Source: the human T2T-CHM13v2.0 reference genome, Homo sapiens
Length of the DNA: 64,000 nucleotides
NCBI RefSeq assembly: GCF_009914755.1
Contig: NC_060935.1
Strand: one strand, 5' to 3'
This document shows positions 1-15,347 of the stretch, one piece after another; position 1 is the stretch's first letter, and every line of letters begins with the position of its first letter. The position numbers and the translations under genes were made by a program. Under the pieces are notes generated by a model. That model searched no databases and was not told the origin of the DNA. It worked only from the letters and a program-made list of their open reading frames with translations.

Positions 1-49
1 TCCTTTTATCCAACAGAGGACATCTTTCCTCTCCAACCCCCACACTGTA

Positions 50-768
50 TCCACTGCCCTTCTGATAACAGCATTTCAATTTTCATTTGGGAATCACTTT
101 CTCCTACCCTCAGTCCAGGTGGTTCAGGTGCTGCTGACTCCCTGTCCAGCTGAGGCTCCACAGTCTCAGTGACTGGTTCAGGAGTTGACTACTCCAGGCC
201 AATCAGAGTTAGCCCTGGGACTTGGGTTGGAGCTGCTGCAACTATGTGGGAAGGCACTACTTGAGAATGAAGTTAACACAAAGGAAAGCAGATGGAGAAA
301 CATAGAATCCTAAAAACTTGGCTTAAGCTCCTACATCTAACCATATGTAAACCAGATATCTCTTTGGATTTTCTGGTTGTGAATAAATAAATTCCTTCTT
401 TTTTTTTTCACAGCGTCTTGCTCTCTCACCCAGGCTGGAGTGCGGTGGCAATGATCACGGCTCACTGCAGCCTTGATCTGCTGGGCTCAAGTGATCCTCC
501 CACCTCAGCCTCCTGAGTAGCTGGGACTACAGGTGCATGCATGTTTTAATTAGCTCTGCTAATTAAAAAAAAAAAAAATCTGTAGAGACTGGGTCTTGCT
601 ATGTTGCCCAGGCTGGTCTCAAACTCCTGGGTTCAAGTGATCCACCTGCCTCAGCCCCCCAAAGTTTTATGATTACAAGCGTGAGCCACCCTGCCGGGGG
701 CCTAAATTCCCTTTTTCAGTTGTTAGAGTTTGGTTTCTGCTACTTATACTGAAAGGGGTCCTGCCTAT
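50..768 (+). mobile_element. MLT1 (MaLR) LTR interrupted by an Alu
   Basis: GGCCAATCAGAG..CCCTGGGACTT and AATAAATTCC...TTGGTTTCTGCTACTT, typical MLT1 3' end. Confidence 0.55.
398..702 (-). repeat. AluJ-like
   Basis: poly(T) plus antisense Alu; TSD TAAATTCC. Confidence 0.9.
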
Positions 769-906
769 TAATCATTTCACAATGACATATTGAGATAGTA
801 ATGAGTGAGGGCCCATTCATTGTTAACATTCAGTGGCTCTATAAATTCCAGTAGGAGGAAAATACGGGAAATATTCAGGAGCCCATACTTACAGAAAAAG
901 TAATTC

Positions 907-1170
907 AGCCGGGTGCAGTGGCGTGCCAAGGGAGGTGAATCACCTGAGGTCAGGGGTTCAAGACCAGCCCGACCAACATGGTGAAACCCCATCTCTACTA
1001 AAAATACAAAAATTAGCTGGGCATGGTGGTGTGCACCTGTAGCCCCAGCTACTCAGGAGGCTGAGGCAGGAGAATCGCTTGAACCTGGGAGGCACAGGTT
1101 GCAGTAGCTGAGATTGCACCACTGTGCTCCAGCCTGGGCAACAGAGCAAGACTCCGCCTCAAAAAAGAAA
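907..1170 (+). repeat. AluS with ~30-bp deletion in the left arm
   Basis: TSD AGAAAAAGTAATTC on both sides. Confidence 0.9.
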
Positions 1171-1361
1171 AAGTAATTCTTACCGTAAGTTTATAAAGGG
1201 ACAACTCTGTTCCACAATGTACATATGACAGGTTTCTTTTTTCTTTTTTCTTTTTTTCACACGATAGGTTTTAGCTTTGTCTTTCCTTTCTCCCTTTAAG
1301 CCTCCATAACTAGATTAGTGTAAACTGAACCAACAGTCCTCAAGTTGCCTAAGTTGGCCAT

Positions 1362-1668
1362 TCTTTTTTTTTTTCTTTTTCTGATACAGGGTCCCACTCC
1401 GTCACCAAGGCTGGAATGCACTAGCGTGAACAGAGCTCACCGCAGCCTCAACCTCCTGGGATCAAGTGATCCTTCCACTTCTGACTCCTGTGTAACTGGT
1501 ACCACAGGCGCCTGCCACCATGTCTGGCTAATTTTTAATTTTTTTTTTTTGTAGAGACAAGGTCTTTCTTTGTTGCCCAGGCTAGTCTTGAAATCCTGAG
1601 CTCAAGCAATCCTCCCACCTCAGCTTCCAGAAGTGCTGGGATTACAGGCACCAACCACTGTGCCAGGC
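1362..1668 (-). repeat. AluJ-like
   Basis: antisense Alu dimer. Confidence 0.9.
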
Positions 1669-3254
1669 CTATTTTCTTTATTATTTCTCACATCCAGGAA
1701 ACTACCCATAGAGGATGTGCTGAGGCTACTTCGGAGATGATGAAGGCTCCAGCTGCCCTCTGGATCACACCCTGGCCAAGTCGCTGAAGATTTAGAATCT
1801 TGCATGCTGCTTTGGTTTCACTTGCTCTGATATTTCTAAGTGGTTACTCCAATTGTGATACCCAGGTAATTGTATCTCCTTGTTATTCACACTCCAAAGA
1901 TAAAGAGCACCTTGTCATAAAAGCCAGACAGTGAAACAAATATGCCACCTATGTGTATGACATTAGAATTGAGAGGAAATGAAGGATTCTTCAACTCTGG
2001 GACCCAAAGATTGTGGGCACAATGTCTCAGTCCAACCAATTGTAATGTGGATTTTTCTTCCTTCCCTAACCATTCACCATGTATTTACCAAGCACCTATA
2101 CAGCCCCCACTGGGACAGGCACCTGGGACTATAAGAGAGTAGCAAAGAAAATAGCCTTTGCCTTCAAAGTCAGACAACCCTGGAGCCCAACTTAATTATG
2201 GTAACCACATTGAATACTGTTCCCATAAACACCTGACCCTCAAATCATGGAGTCTGTTAGTCTTCCCTAAGCTTGGAGCTAATTTAACCATAATTCTTAG
2301 TCCTTACTATGTATGTACATGAGTATATACACTTCCATATATGCCAGTGCTTCCTGGAAATAAATTTGACAGAGGATGATAAATCATTTTCTTTAAATTA
2401 ATACCAGCATTTATTGCAAAACAAAGCTTTAGAGGGTGGCAGAGCGAATGGCAGTCAGCTTGCCACTGGGCAGTTTTCTAGCCCTGAAGACTTTGGGGTT
2501 ATGAACAGCTCCTTATTCCCATGGCTCCCGGGACTTACATAAAATGCACCTTTGTTCCCAAAATGTTCAGGCTGTGGCTGCAGGTAAGAAAGGTGAAAGT
2601 AATATTCCCTACTCCCCCACCTTACCAGACCTGAACATTTAACTTACTAAGTTATGGAATTTAAGGTCAAAAAGGTTTTTTGGTATTCTCCCTGTCTCCT
2701 TGCATTCCCAACAACTTAACACATGACCTCTCAAATTTGTGACACTTGTCACAAAACAGATCTGCAATGCTCGATTTAGCACAACGATGGGAAGGAATGA
2801 AGCACCCCTCGGCCGTCAATGACTGTATTACTCAGGCAGCTTGGCCATGCAAAGCAGAGATGTTTAGCTAAGAAAACACAAGCCTTTCCCAGCTGGGCTG
2901 CTGTTCCCATGCAGGTCATTGCTACGATCGTGAACATCTGAAACCGGTCACTGTTCAAAAACACAGGAAATTCCTGACACTCAGTGGCCATTTTGGCCAT
3001 ATGTGTCACTTTTTGAAAATAACAGCTGGCACAGGTTTTAGAACCAGCTGGACCTAGATTCAAGAACTGGTTCCACCACATATAAGCTGTGTGACCTTGG
3101 GCAAGTGACCTCTCTAGTTTCAAGTTCCTCATCTATAAAATGGGATAACAGTGTCTCCTTGGGTTGTTGTGAGGATTAATGGTGCACAGAAACAGCACAG
3201 CACAGTGTCTGGCACACAGTATGCCCTCAGATACAAATGTCTTCACTACCCAGT

Positions 3255-3702
3255 AGGTATTCCCTCCTCCCTTGCCCCAATTTTTTGAAAGTCGCAATGT
3301 ACCCAGCAAAACACTTACATTTCCCAATCTCCCTTGTAGCTGAGGATGATCATATAACATAGCTTTGGCCAATAAGATATAAGCATAAATTGCTAGGCGG
3401 AGTCCTCCAGGAAAGTCTTTACAAGAAGGCAAGCTTAGCTAACCCTTCTCTTCTTCCTGCCTGGGATTTAGACTTTGCTGAATTGCAAAGTGATAAAAAT
3501 AAGGATGCAAGTCATATGCTAAAAAGCTGGGTAGAAGGTGATAAAAAGCCCACGTCCCTGATTGCATCACAGTGCTACTGTACCAACCTACTGACTAACC
3601 CTGGATTCCTGCTATGGGAGAAAACTAAAATCCAATTTGATTATGCCACCTTAAATTGGGTTGTTCTATTTCTAGCAACCAAACATGACCCCTAACTGTT
3701 AC
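3255..3702 (+). mobile_element. MLT1 (MaLR) LTR remnant
   Basis: ACATTTCCCAATCTCCCTTGTAGC...TGGCCAATAAGATATAAGCA. Confidence 0.55.
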
Positions 3703-5287
3703 AAGGGGCTACTCTTATCATTGACTGGGGTTGGGCCCCAGCATTTCTAGCATATCACAGAATGCTATTTGTCTGTTTAGAGCAAATTCTTATTTTCCCT
3801 TGCAAGTGGGAAGAGCACATACCTCAGACTGGCGATACTTCTCTCTTATTTCTTTTCTTCACAAGAACTTGAATGTTAACAGATCTTACCAAGCAACTGT
3901 GCACTGATTATTATTTTATTCTGCCTCCAAATCATTTATCTCATCAGGCAATGAGGAATATTTCCTCCTATCTTAATGCTAAATGCACACACACCCCACA
4001 CACATTCAATCTCATTCAAAGACTGAGATGGGAAGAGGAATGACAGCTTGTAGGGGCTTGATTGAACCTTAGTCCTGATGTCCAACACAGCCTTTCTGTT
4101 GTAATCCCACTGGAGGGATCCCTCCCTGCTCACCTTACCTAAATGACCAAACTAGGAGCCTAAGAACAAGAACCCAGGCCACTGAGAGTCTTGGAGAGTT
4201 GGATCTGAGCCAGGCCAGATGATGAAGTCTTGCCATGGGAAACCAGCTCAGCCTGTGTTAACAGATCCTGGGTCCTGAGCACTGATCTGCAGTCTCAGGA
4301 ATAGGGTGGGCTCAAAAGCCAGAACCCACTCTGGGCATAATCAATAGACTTGTACAAAAGACTGAAGAGAAAGAAGCCCAAAGTATGTGGAGCACCCTAA
4401 GGCAGGCTCGCTCTTTTGAATGAGTTCCTAGCATTTGAGGAAGGAGATAGCCAGGGAGAAATGGAGAAGGGAGTTAGTTTCTTCTTTTCCCCAGAGTTAA
4501 ATAGGGCAGCTCCCTTGGGATGGAGGGAGAATAGCCTGCTACTTTTCATGCTGTGCTTTGCCTAAATTAACAAGAGGGCTTGACAGCTTTGATGACACCC
4601 TCCACAATCCTTCAGGCCTCCCTCCCACAGAGAAGAGCGAGGCTGCAGAATAAACGAAACAAACCAGAATGCTAGGCTGAGGCTGCCTCCTGCCTCAGTA
4701 GAGCAGCTATTGGCAAAATCCCTTTTAAAGTTGTAGGGATTGACAAACCAGACTAAGAAGAGGAAAAAAGCTATTCCAGGCCTGCCAGCCCTCCTCACTT
4801 TATTCATTCCTGCCTGAAGAATCCTTCTCTCTTTCTTCTACCTGGGTAAGCCATGCCACCAGTCACAGCTCAACCTGAGCCACCCTGAAGCTCTAGCACA
4901 CACCACGCTCACTCACTTTCCACCTCCCCAGGGAAACCAGCACTCCCGTTCTGGGAGATACATTTTTTTAATGGCCATGGCTTGGTTATTGTTACCATAT
5001 GCTAGGCCCTACTGTGTGCTAGGAATCTGTCATGGACAACCTGCAATCCCTGTAACAATTCTGCAAGGTCAGGACTGAGCCCAGAGAGGCTGAGGGCACA
5101 CACGACTACCGGATTACCTATAATAAATGGACTCTAATAAAGGACAGGAATCTGGCAGCGGCAGCCATCACTGACTGAGCACTTACTAAATGCAAAACTC
5201 TGAGCTAAGCACTTTACCACCTCTTCTTATCATCACACAAACCCACAGAGCTAGAGACATTTTTCTTTCATGAAAGGTAATAAAAGT

Positions 5288-5691
<404 letters not shown>

Positions 5692-6373
5692 ACCCTTAAT
5701 AAATATTTATAGAATAAAAGACTAAATGGATGAATGCATGAACAAATGCACCAATTCAAGTTGATGAAAGAAGTTCAGCATACCACAGAGAATGGGAAAT
5801 GGCAAGAGATGAACCAAAGGTGTTTGTAGGGACCAGGCCCATGCAGGGTTTCCAAAGACTTACTAAGGAAATTGGACTTTATTCTAAAGGTGACTCTACT
5901 ACAAGTTTCTTTAGTCCCAAGACAGGACTGCAGCTACTCCAGATAACACAGAGGTTAGGAAATTGAGAAAAAAGATGAGTTGTTTTCTGATATGCCCTCC
6001 TGCCTGAGTCACTTCTCAGTTTTGTAAGCTGTAAATGCCAAATAACCTCCTTAGTTGGTGCTTTAGCTTATTAGAGAGGAAAAAACATCCTTAGACAAGA
6101 CAGAAAAGGCAGTATTATGGCGGAAGTCAGTAAGACAGATTTCAAAAAGGTTGTTGAGAATCAAAAACCAGAGTCCACAGCATGGCCAGTAGAAGAATAT
6201 GGACGTGAGGCAGAAGATTACTTGGGGGGGCGGGGGCAGAGAGCAGGCCCTGCCAGGAGTGCAGGGTATCCCTCACAGCACGTGGCGTGGGATCTCAAAA
6301 ATACTGGAATTAATGTCTATCATGGAATTCTGAAGCCTGTGTAACAAACAAGAGAACAAAAGTCAGAGGTACA

Positions 6374-6688
<315 letters not shown>

Positions 6689-7249
6689 TTAGCTCTGCTC
6701 CTGGGCCAGAAGAATAGGAAGAGGCTGGGGGAAGTGGGAGCTGAAGACAAATAGGACTGAGGGATGGGGCTGTAGGGACCCTGAACTGTTGAACAACTCA
6801 CACTGCTAGGAGATGAGTACATCCTGGCAGAGAAGAGAGTGCAGTTTGTCCATAGGAGACTCATCATTGAGATCTAGGAATTAATGATGAAACTGGAAGA
6901 GGGTAAAGAGAAAACAACTGAAGATACTGTCAAAGCAAATCCTATGGAAGTTAATACAGCTGATAGGGAGCACCTACTATGTCTCAGGCACTGGACTAAG
7001 TAAGCACTTGATACATTTGTTTAATTTAATCCTTGTAGCAAGCCTATGAACTAAGAAAAATCAAGGTTTCAAAAGCATGCATAATTTGCACAAGATGACA
7101 CAGCTAGAAAGTAGTAGAGCATGGATTTGAACCCAGGTCTATCCGATTTCAGAGACTAAGCACTGGGAGGAGATACCTAAGGCAAAAGAAATAGGTATAA
7201 CAGGAAGTGAGGGATAAATCAGCTGGCCTGGACATTGATTACTGATGCC

Positions 7250-7821
7250 CTCTTTACCATGTCCCAGTAAGCCATTTCTGCCCATAGTCCTCTGCCCATG
7301 GATCCCTAACACTTCCTTGGGAATCTGCACCACCTCACTCTCAGTCCTCGCGGCCTGGATAGGGCTCCACCCCTGGTTCTCAGAAGTGACGCATGTGTTT
7401 CAGGCCTCTGCAATCAGCATGATGTTGTCCCTGGCCATGGAAGATGGTCGGGGACATAAATGTAAACTAAACCTGTCTAATCAGTATGAATCTCAGAGCT
7501 TCTAGACCAGACTCTGGCTCTTTCCTACTGGATTTTAACCTTGATGATATGAGTTTGGGCCCACTGCAGCTATCTTGCCACCAGGCCCTAGATGTGCCAG
7601 GGACCTCCTCGTGGAGCTCAAGACTGAATTTAACACACAGGTGGGAAGAGCCCAGAGTCTGAGAATATGACTTCTAGTGATACTGTCTGAGCCTTGAACC
7701 CCATTGCTTCTAAAGCCAGGTCTATCTTGAGCTTTTCAGTGACATAAACCAATAAATTCCCTCCTTTTAAAGGTAAATTTCTCTGTATTTTCTGTCATCT
7801 GCAGTCAACAGTCCTAATACA
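7250..7821 (+). mobile_element. MLT1 (MaLR) LTR remnant
   Basis: GCAGCTATCTTGCCACCA...AACCAATAAATTCCCT...CAGTCCTAATACA. Confidence 0.55.
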
Positions 7822-8131
7822 TACCACCACTAATAAAGGAAGCACCTGCCTGTATGAATAAAGAGAGAAGCCTCTGGGTGAGAATCACAGAGGGAGCGAA
7901 TGAAATGCTACTGTTGGGGCCACCCACTTACAGAGATGGAGCTTTTCCAAGGCAAAACACCAAACTGGAAGACAGGCAAGATTTAGTCTGCCTGACGAAT
8001 AATTTTAACCAACCAAATGTCTGAACATCTTATTCTGGAAAAATAGAACATTTAATAAGTCTGTATTCGCTTGGCTGAAAATTTCAGCTCTCAGAAACTT
8101 ATGGAGAAATGCTATTATGTCTTTATTGTGA

Positions 8132-8509
<378 letters not shown>

Positions 8510-9547
8510 TGTGTTTTTTATTTTTAAAGGGACAAAACCTTGTGCAAACATGATCATGGAGTTTTAAGAGTTTATTAAGAGCATAATAAGAATACATCTC
8601 AATGTCAGAGAAAAACTAGGGATGATACAATGGCCTGAGACTAGGGAAAGGGGAGGAGCCCTTCCAACACCAAAATCTGATGCTAAAAAATACCCAAATC
8701 TCAGCTATCTAGATTAATCCTCAAGGGTTCTAGCCAGACATCATTCATCAATCATGCATTTTTTCCTATAAAGTTCAATCTCGTTCTCAAATTCTCTCTC
8801 ATCTAGCATCCTAGTCAGCCACAATGAATTGAGCAAAGTTGGGACACTAGAAGAAACCCATTTTGCCATCTCTAGTGTAATAACACAGGGAACTCTTGAA
8901 GCTCAAATTATAAAAGGACATGTATAAGAAATGGAAGGCGGGGCACAAATCCATAGTGGAATGGGCCCACATGAACAATGGCAGAAAAAGTAAAGTCTAG
9001 AAGGAGCTGTTTGTTTATTTAAAGTAAAACAAAACAAAAACAAAATTTCTATTTATTAAAATACATGGGGGTTTAAAAAAAAGAGATGTAGGTGTCTCTG
9101 CTTAGGGAAGATGACCCAGCATAAACAGAGAAGGCAGAATTCTCCAGCTTCTGGGTTTAATTCCACATTTTCATTAAGAAGAATGATCTTCACCAGGAAA
9201 AAGGGAACAAACCTGGTTAAGAGAGCCTGAAAGTCCACGATGGGGAGGAAGAACAGGAAGCCCTACTCTCCTGTAGTTGAGCTCCAGGCCCAACTATCGG
9301 TGGTGCCCCAGTGACATAAGGGAAATTGGGCTTGAGAAACCTATTGGGTGATCTCCAAGGAATCAAAGGGAAGGGGGAAAAGACCAGACTATCAGAAACT
9401 GGCAAACAGCATTCTGATTTTCAAAGAAGAGGAAAAACAAATTCCATAGCCTATCATCAACCTCTGCAAGAGGCTAAGCAGCAATGTTAACCTGGCAGAT
9501 TTCAGAGCACACAGGAAAGGAGGCAGCAAGAAAAGGCAAACAACTCA

Positions 9548-9916
<369 letters not shown>

Positions 9917-9964
9917 GTGGAAATAAATATAAAAGATCCTAACCATCATGGAAATATACATTAA

Positions 9965-10370
<406 letters not shown>

Positions 10371-10886
10371 ACACAGCTTTCTTTAAAGGGCAGTTTGGAG
10401 GTATTGATTAAAATTAAAAATGTATTATACTTTTACCCAGCAATCTGAAAGACTCACACATGCAGAGGCTTGTAGAAGGTTAATACAAAAATTTTAAATA
10501 CAGGTTTTAAAAATACACTACAGTACATCTACATTATGAAATACCATATGAGTAAAAATTAAAGGTGATTCATATATACTGATATTGAGTGATCCTTCAG
10601 ATGTCATTATTCATGCTTTCAGAAAGCACAAAAGAATCCTATATATTTCTATAAGTCCACATACGTATATAAATGCATAGAAAATAGTTTAAAAGCCAAT
10701 TAACCTGATTATAGAGATTACCTTGGGAAGGTGATTTGGGATATCTTCGTCTTACAGTTTTTGCATTTTTATATTTAGAATGTTTTCATTTATTATATAG
10801 TTAAATATACATTTAATATATATTTAATAATTTGTATATACTTAATTATAAATATATACATATATATACACACAGACATATATACA

Positions 10887-11218
10887 TAGTTGGTCTTCTG
10901 TATCCAGGGTTTCATATCCATGGATTCAACCAACCACAAATTAAAAATATTTAGAGAGGGAAAAAAGGATGGTTTTGTCTGTACTGAACACATGCAGACT
11001 TATTTTCTTGTCATTATTGCCTAAACAATACAGTATAACAACTATTTACATAGCATTTACATTGTATTAGGTATTATATGTAATCTTGCAATCTAGAAAT
11101 GATTTAAAGTATGTGCGTAGGTTATATGCAAATACACCATTTTATATAAGGGACTGAGTATTTTGGTATCTGTGGGGCTTCCTGGCACCAGTCCTCCATG
11201 GATACCAAGGAATGACTA
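10887..11218. mobile_element. MER2-like (Tigger/TcMar) non-autonomous DNA transposon
   Basis: Degenerate TIRs AGTTGGTCTTCTGTATCCAGGG ... CCATGGATACCAAGGAATGACT; internal CATGGATTCAACCAACC; TA-rich flanks. Confidence 0.7.
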
Positions 11219-11629
11219 CATACATATACTGTAAACATATATATATATTAAAAGAATGAAAAATAAAGACCAGGAAACAGTGACTGTTGGGGACTAGACT
11301 GTGCACTAGACTGTGTTGGGGAGAAAGATGTGTCAAATCTACCCAGTTTCCTTCTCCTGGGGTGAGAGGGGAAATGCCAACCACACTGTGAGGTAAGCCC
11401 CGCAGGCTACTGGCAGAGTCTTTCAGATCATTATTATGGAAACAATAGAAAAATGCAGGCTGGATGACAATGCTGGAAGTAGAGCCAAAATTGACGTAGT
11501 TACTGATTCAGGGCCCATGGGGAAGCTCCTAGGGCAGTCTTTGGTCCTGTCCTGTTCAACATCTTCATTCATTCATTCATCGAATCTCTCACTCACTCAC
11601 TCACTCACCAGACATTTGAGAGCTTACTA

Positions 11630-12123
<494 letters not shown>

Positions 12124-12931
12124 TTATAGCTGTATTTATATTTAATGAGGTCTGTACACTGCATGAAAGAGATCATAAAGCTAGGAAGTACCACGAATTC
12201 CGAAAACCACATATATGTGAAGTGGAAAGATTCACAAGCTAAACATACCAGCGCAACCCATTTCCAGTCACTAAAAAGTTCCACCCTTAGGTTACAAGAG
12301 AATACACTTGAGTTTTGAGGCCTCATTGAAAGAACACTGTCAAAGAGCAAAGTGTCAGGATAGGAAAGAATGGGCCCAATGTGAGATGAAGGCCAGATAA
12401 AGGTATACCCAGACTTTTTCAGGGCCACTCTGATCTCTCTCTCTGAGCCCTCGACTCCACTCATATTCCTCTTGTTTTCTCTCAGGGAATCACCCACAGC
12501 CAACAGACTCAGGAATTTCAAGATCTCTGATTATATGCTTGGTTGAACTATTTCAGAGAGGGAGCAACCGGAAGATCACTCCCAGGTCAGCTCCCAGCAA
12601 CATGGCAGTTAGTCTGTAGCAGATTTTCAGTTTGCAAGACCTTTCTTGCCTGTCCTCTCCCTACCTGGTACCCCAAGGTCTTCCCTTCCACCATACATAA
12701 GAGAAGAAAAACTGAGAAGCCCACACATGCCAGTTTCCATGGCTGTGGATCCCAGGGAGTCATTTCACCCTTCCAGGCCTTAGTGTTTTTGTTTAATGAA
12801 GAAAGTTTATAAAGAGAGGGCAATGCTTAATACAAGTGAGTAAATGGAATCTCAGGCACCCAAGAGGACCTATCTGGGTCCCAATCCTAGTGTAGGAGGT
12901 GCTGTGGCAGGGACCCTCCATCAGAACTAAC

Positions 12932-13107
12932 CTCTTCAGTGACGATCGAGACAGCACCTGTGCAGCCTGGTTCATGGCCCTGACCCAAGCGTTCATGTCC
13001 TCCTGGGTGTCGGCACTGAAGTAGTAGGTCCTCATGCCTGACTGCTCGGCCTGAGAGCCCGCTGTGGAGCTGTTATAGATGAGCGCTCGCATCCCCGTGT
13101 GCACAGC
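12932..13107 (-). CDS. PLEKHA7: PLEKHA7 coding exon (176 nt): AVHTGMRALIYNSSTAGSQAEQSGMRTYYFSADTQEDMNAWVRAMNQAAQVLSRSSLK(R), PH C-terminal helix
   Basis: Acceptor CTTCATGCTACAG|G, donor GAG|GTTAGT; PH motif RTYYFSADT.E.M.AW (ORF track 12793..13116). Confidence 0.96.
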
Positions 13108-13637
13108 CTGTAGCATGAAGGCAGAATGCAGGTCAGAGGGAGGTTATCACACATTTCCTTTATAGGAGCAAAAGCAAGGAGGCACTATGGCCCTTCTAGT
13201 CTAAAAGCCCAAGCACCACCCAACTTGTTTCCACACCTAGAAAACATCATAGGCTAGATTTCTCTTTCTTAGTGCAGCCAGGCCCAGTGACAGCTGTCTG
13301 TTCCCCAAAGTAAAAGCCTGCAGCTGTAACTGTTTCCTATTTATCTTACTCCTGCTTTGGGAGTTGGGAGTGTGCACAAAGTCAAGGCTTATGTGAGAAA
13401 CAGGCTTTTCAGAAAACCCTCATTTCATAGAGGCAGACTCTTGGGAATCCCTGTTTTGGTTTTGCTGAAGCCTGTGATTCCTGCTTTGGCTATAATCAGA
13501 CAAGAATTGACTCAAAACTGGCTGCAACAGCAGGTGGCTTGATGTGGATGTTCACTGTGCTTCACTGCTTAGGCATGAAGTGTGATGTGTGCTCCTCAAA
13601 GAAGCTGCTGTTCTGTCTCTCCAAAAGAGGCACTACA

Positions 13638-13875
13638 GGATGTGAGGGCAATCTGGCTGCGACATCTGTCACCCCATTGATCGCCAGGGTTGAGTCGGCT
13701 GATCTGGCTGGCTAGGCGGGTGTCCCCTTCCTCCCTCACTGCTCTATGTGCATCCCTCCTGAAGCTGCACACCAGTCGAAGAGGAAGACCATCCCTGAGA
13801 GAGGAGGACCGGTCTTCGGTCAAGGGTATACTAGTAGCTGCAGTCCCCTGCTAGAACCTCCAAACAAGCTCTCAA
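13638..13875 (+). pseudogene. 7SK snRNA processed pseudogene (RN7SKP type), 3'-truncated at about nt 238, no poly(A) tail
   Basis: Begins GGATGTGAGGGCAATCTGGCTGCGACATCTGTCACCCCATTGATCGCCAGGG (7SK 5' end) and follows 7SK to CCAAACAAGCTCTCAA; flanked by direct repeat CAAAAGAGGCACTACAG (13622-13638, 13873-13889). Confidence 0.95.
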
Positions 13876-15042
13876 AAGAGGCACTACAGAGGTGGACAGA
13901 GTTGACCAACAGTTAACTAAATATTCTTGCAAACCTACTGTGTCCTTCTGCCTCAAGGTGCTTTCACATGTATCCTTGCAAAAAAAAAAAAAAAAAAAAT
14001 CTCAAAAAAAGGTACTCAGAATGACCACTGAAAAATGACTGGGAAGATTTGCAAATCAGAGACAACACCAGTTTTTCCCCTTGTGCTCTGATAAACCAGA
14101 GACCCATCTTTTAAATTTGCAAGGAACAATCTCACCAAATCTACATAAGAAGATGATGTGAAAAGAGGAAGATTTACTGAGTACCTACTATGTGTCTCCT
14201 AGGTACTTCCACAACTTTAATCTCATTGTAATCCTAACAGCCTTGAGAGGTGGAGACAGAATCTCTGTTTTACAGATGTAGCAAACAAAGCTCTGAGATG
14301 TTAAGTAACTTTCCGAGATTTCCACACCTGGTAACAGATTCTTCACAGCACTTACCATTACCTGATGCTATTTATTTTACACATTTGTTTATTACCTGCT
14401 TATCATCTGTCTCCTTCCTCTATAAATGTAAGCTACACGAGAGTGGGAACTTTGCTATTTTGTTCACTACTATATCCCCAGGAAGAGTGCCTAGCACATA
14501 GTAGATGCTCAATAAACATTTGTTGAAAGAAAGAAGAGTTAGAGCCCAGGTCTGACTCCAAGTCCAGGCTTCTCTGTATATTGCTCCCAGGTTCTATCCA
14601 GAAGTGAGGGTGATTACACAGATAACTGGTTCAATACTCTGAATCCAGCATGAAAGGCAGACCCCATGCAAGGACCAGGCAGAGAAAACAAAATGAGAAC
14701 CAATGAAAAACTAGACAATGACATGCTTCTGGAATCACTAATGGTCATAGATGAAAACCTCTCAAATGAACCTTCAGCATTTACTTCTCCTCCCTGCCCT
14801 CTTAAAATCCAGATCCAAAATGCATAGTAAATATGGGCCTGCTTCTGACATTTACATATCTGAGTCCATCTGGCTCAGTGCCAAGGGAGTCTAGGCAAAC
14901 TTGGCCTGCAGCCAAGGATCCCTATAGTGGCTGAAGCAAACCTGATATCCTTCCTTTGCATGTATCAGCTATCATTCACTATCACAGGAAGGATTCCTTC
15001 TATTTTAAGCAAGGTGGAAATGTGCCAATAAGAACAGAATAA

Positions 15043-15347
15043 GGCCAGGCACAGGGGCTCACACCTGTAATCCCAGCACTTTGGGAAGCCAAGGCGGGTA
15101 GATCACCTGAAGTTAGTTCAAGACCAGCCTGGGCAACATGTTGAAACCCCATCTCTACTAAAAATAAAAAAAATAGCTGGGCATGGTGGCACATGCCTGT
15201 AATCTCAGCTACTCGGGAGGCTGAGGCATGAAAATTGCTTGGACCCAGGAGGTGGAGGTTGCAATGAGTTGAGATTGAACCATTGCACTCCAGCCTGGGT
15301 GACAGTGTGAGACTCTGCCTCAAAAACAAACAAACAAACAAAAAAAC
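15043..15347 (+). repeat. AluS
   Basis: Alu dimer with (AAAC)n tail. Confidence 0.9.

Noticed and set aside
13638-13875. Functional 7SK gene
   Set aside because: 3'-truncated, CpG-decayed, flanked by a TSD, and lacking an upstream PSE/TATA promoter and T-run terminator.
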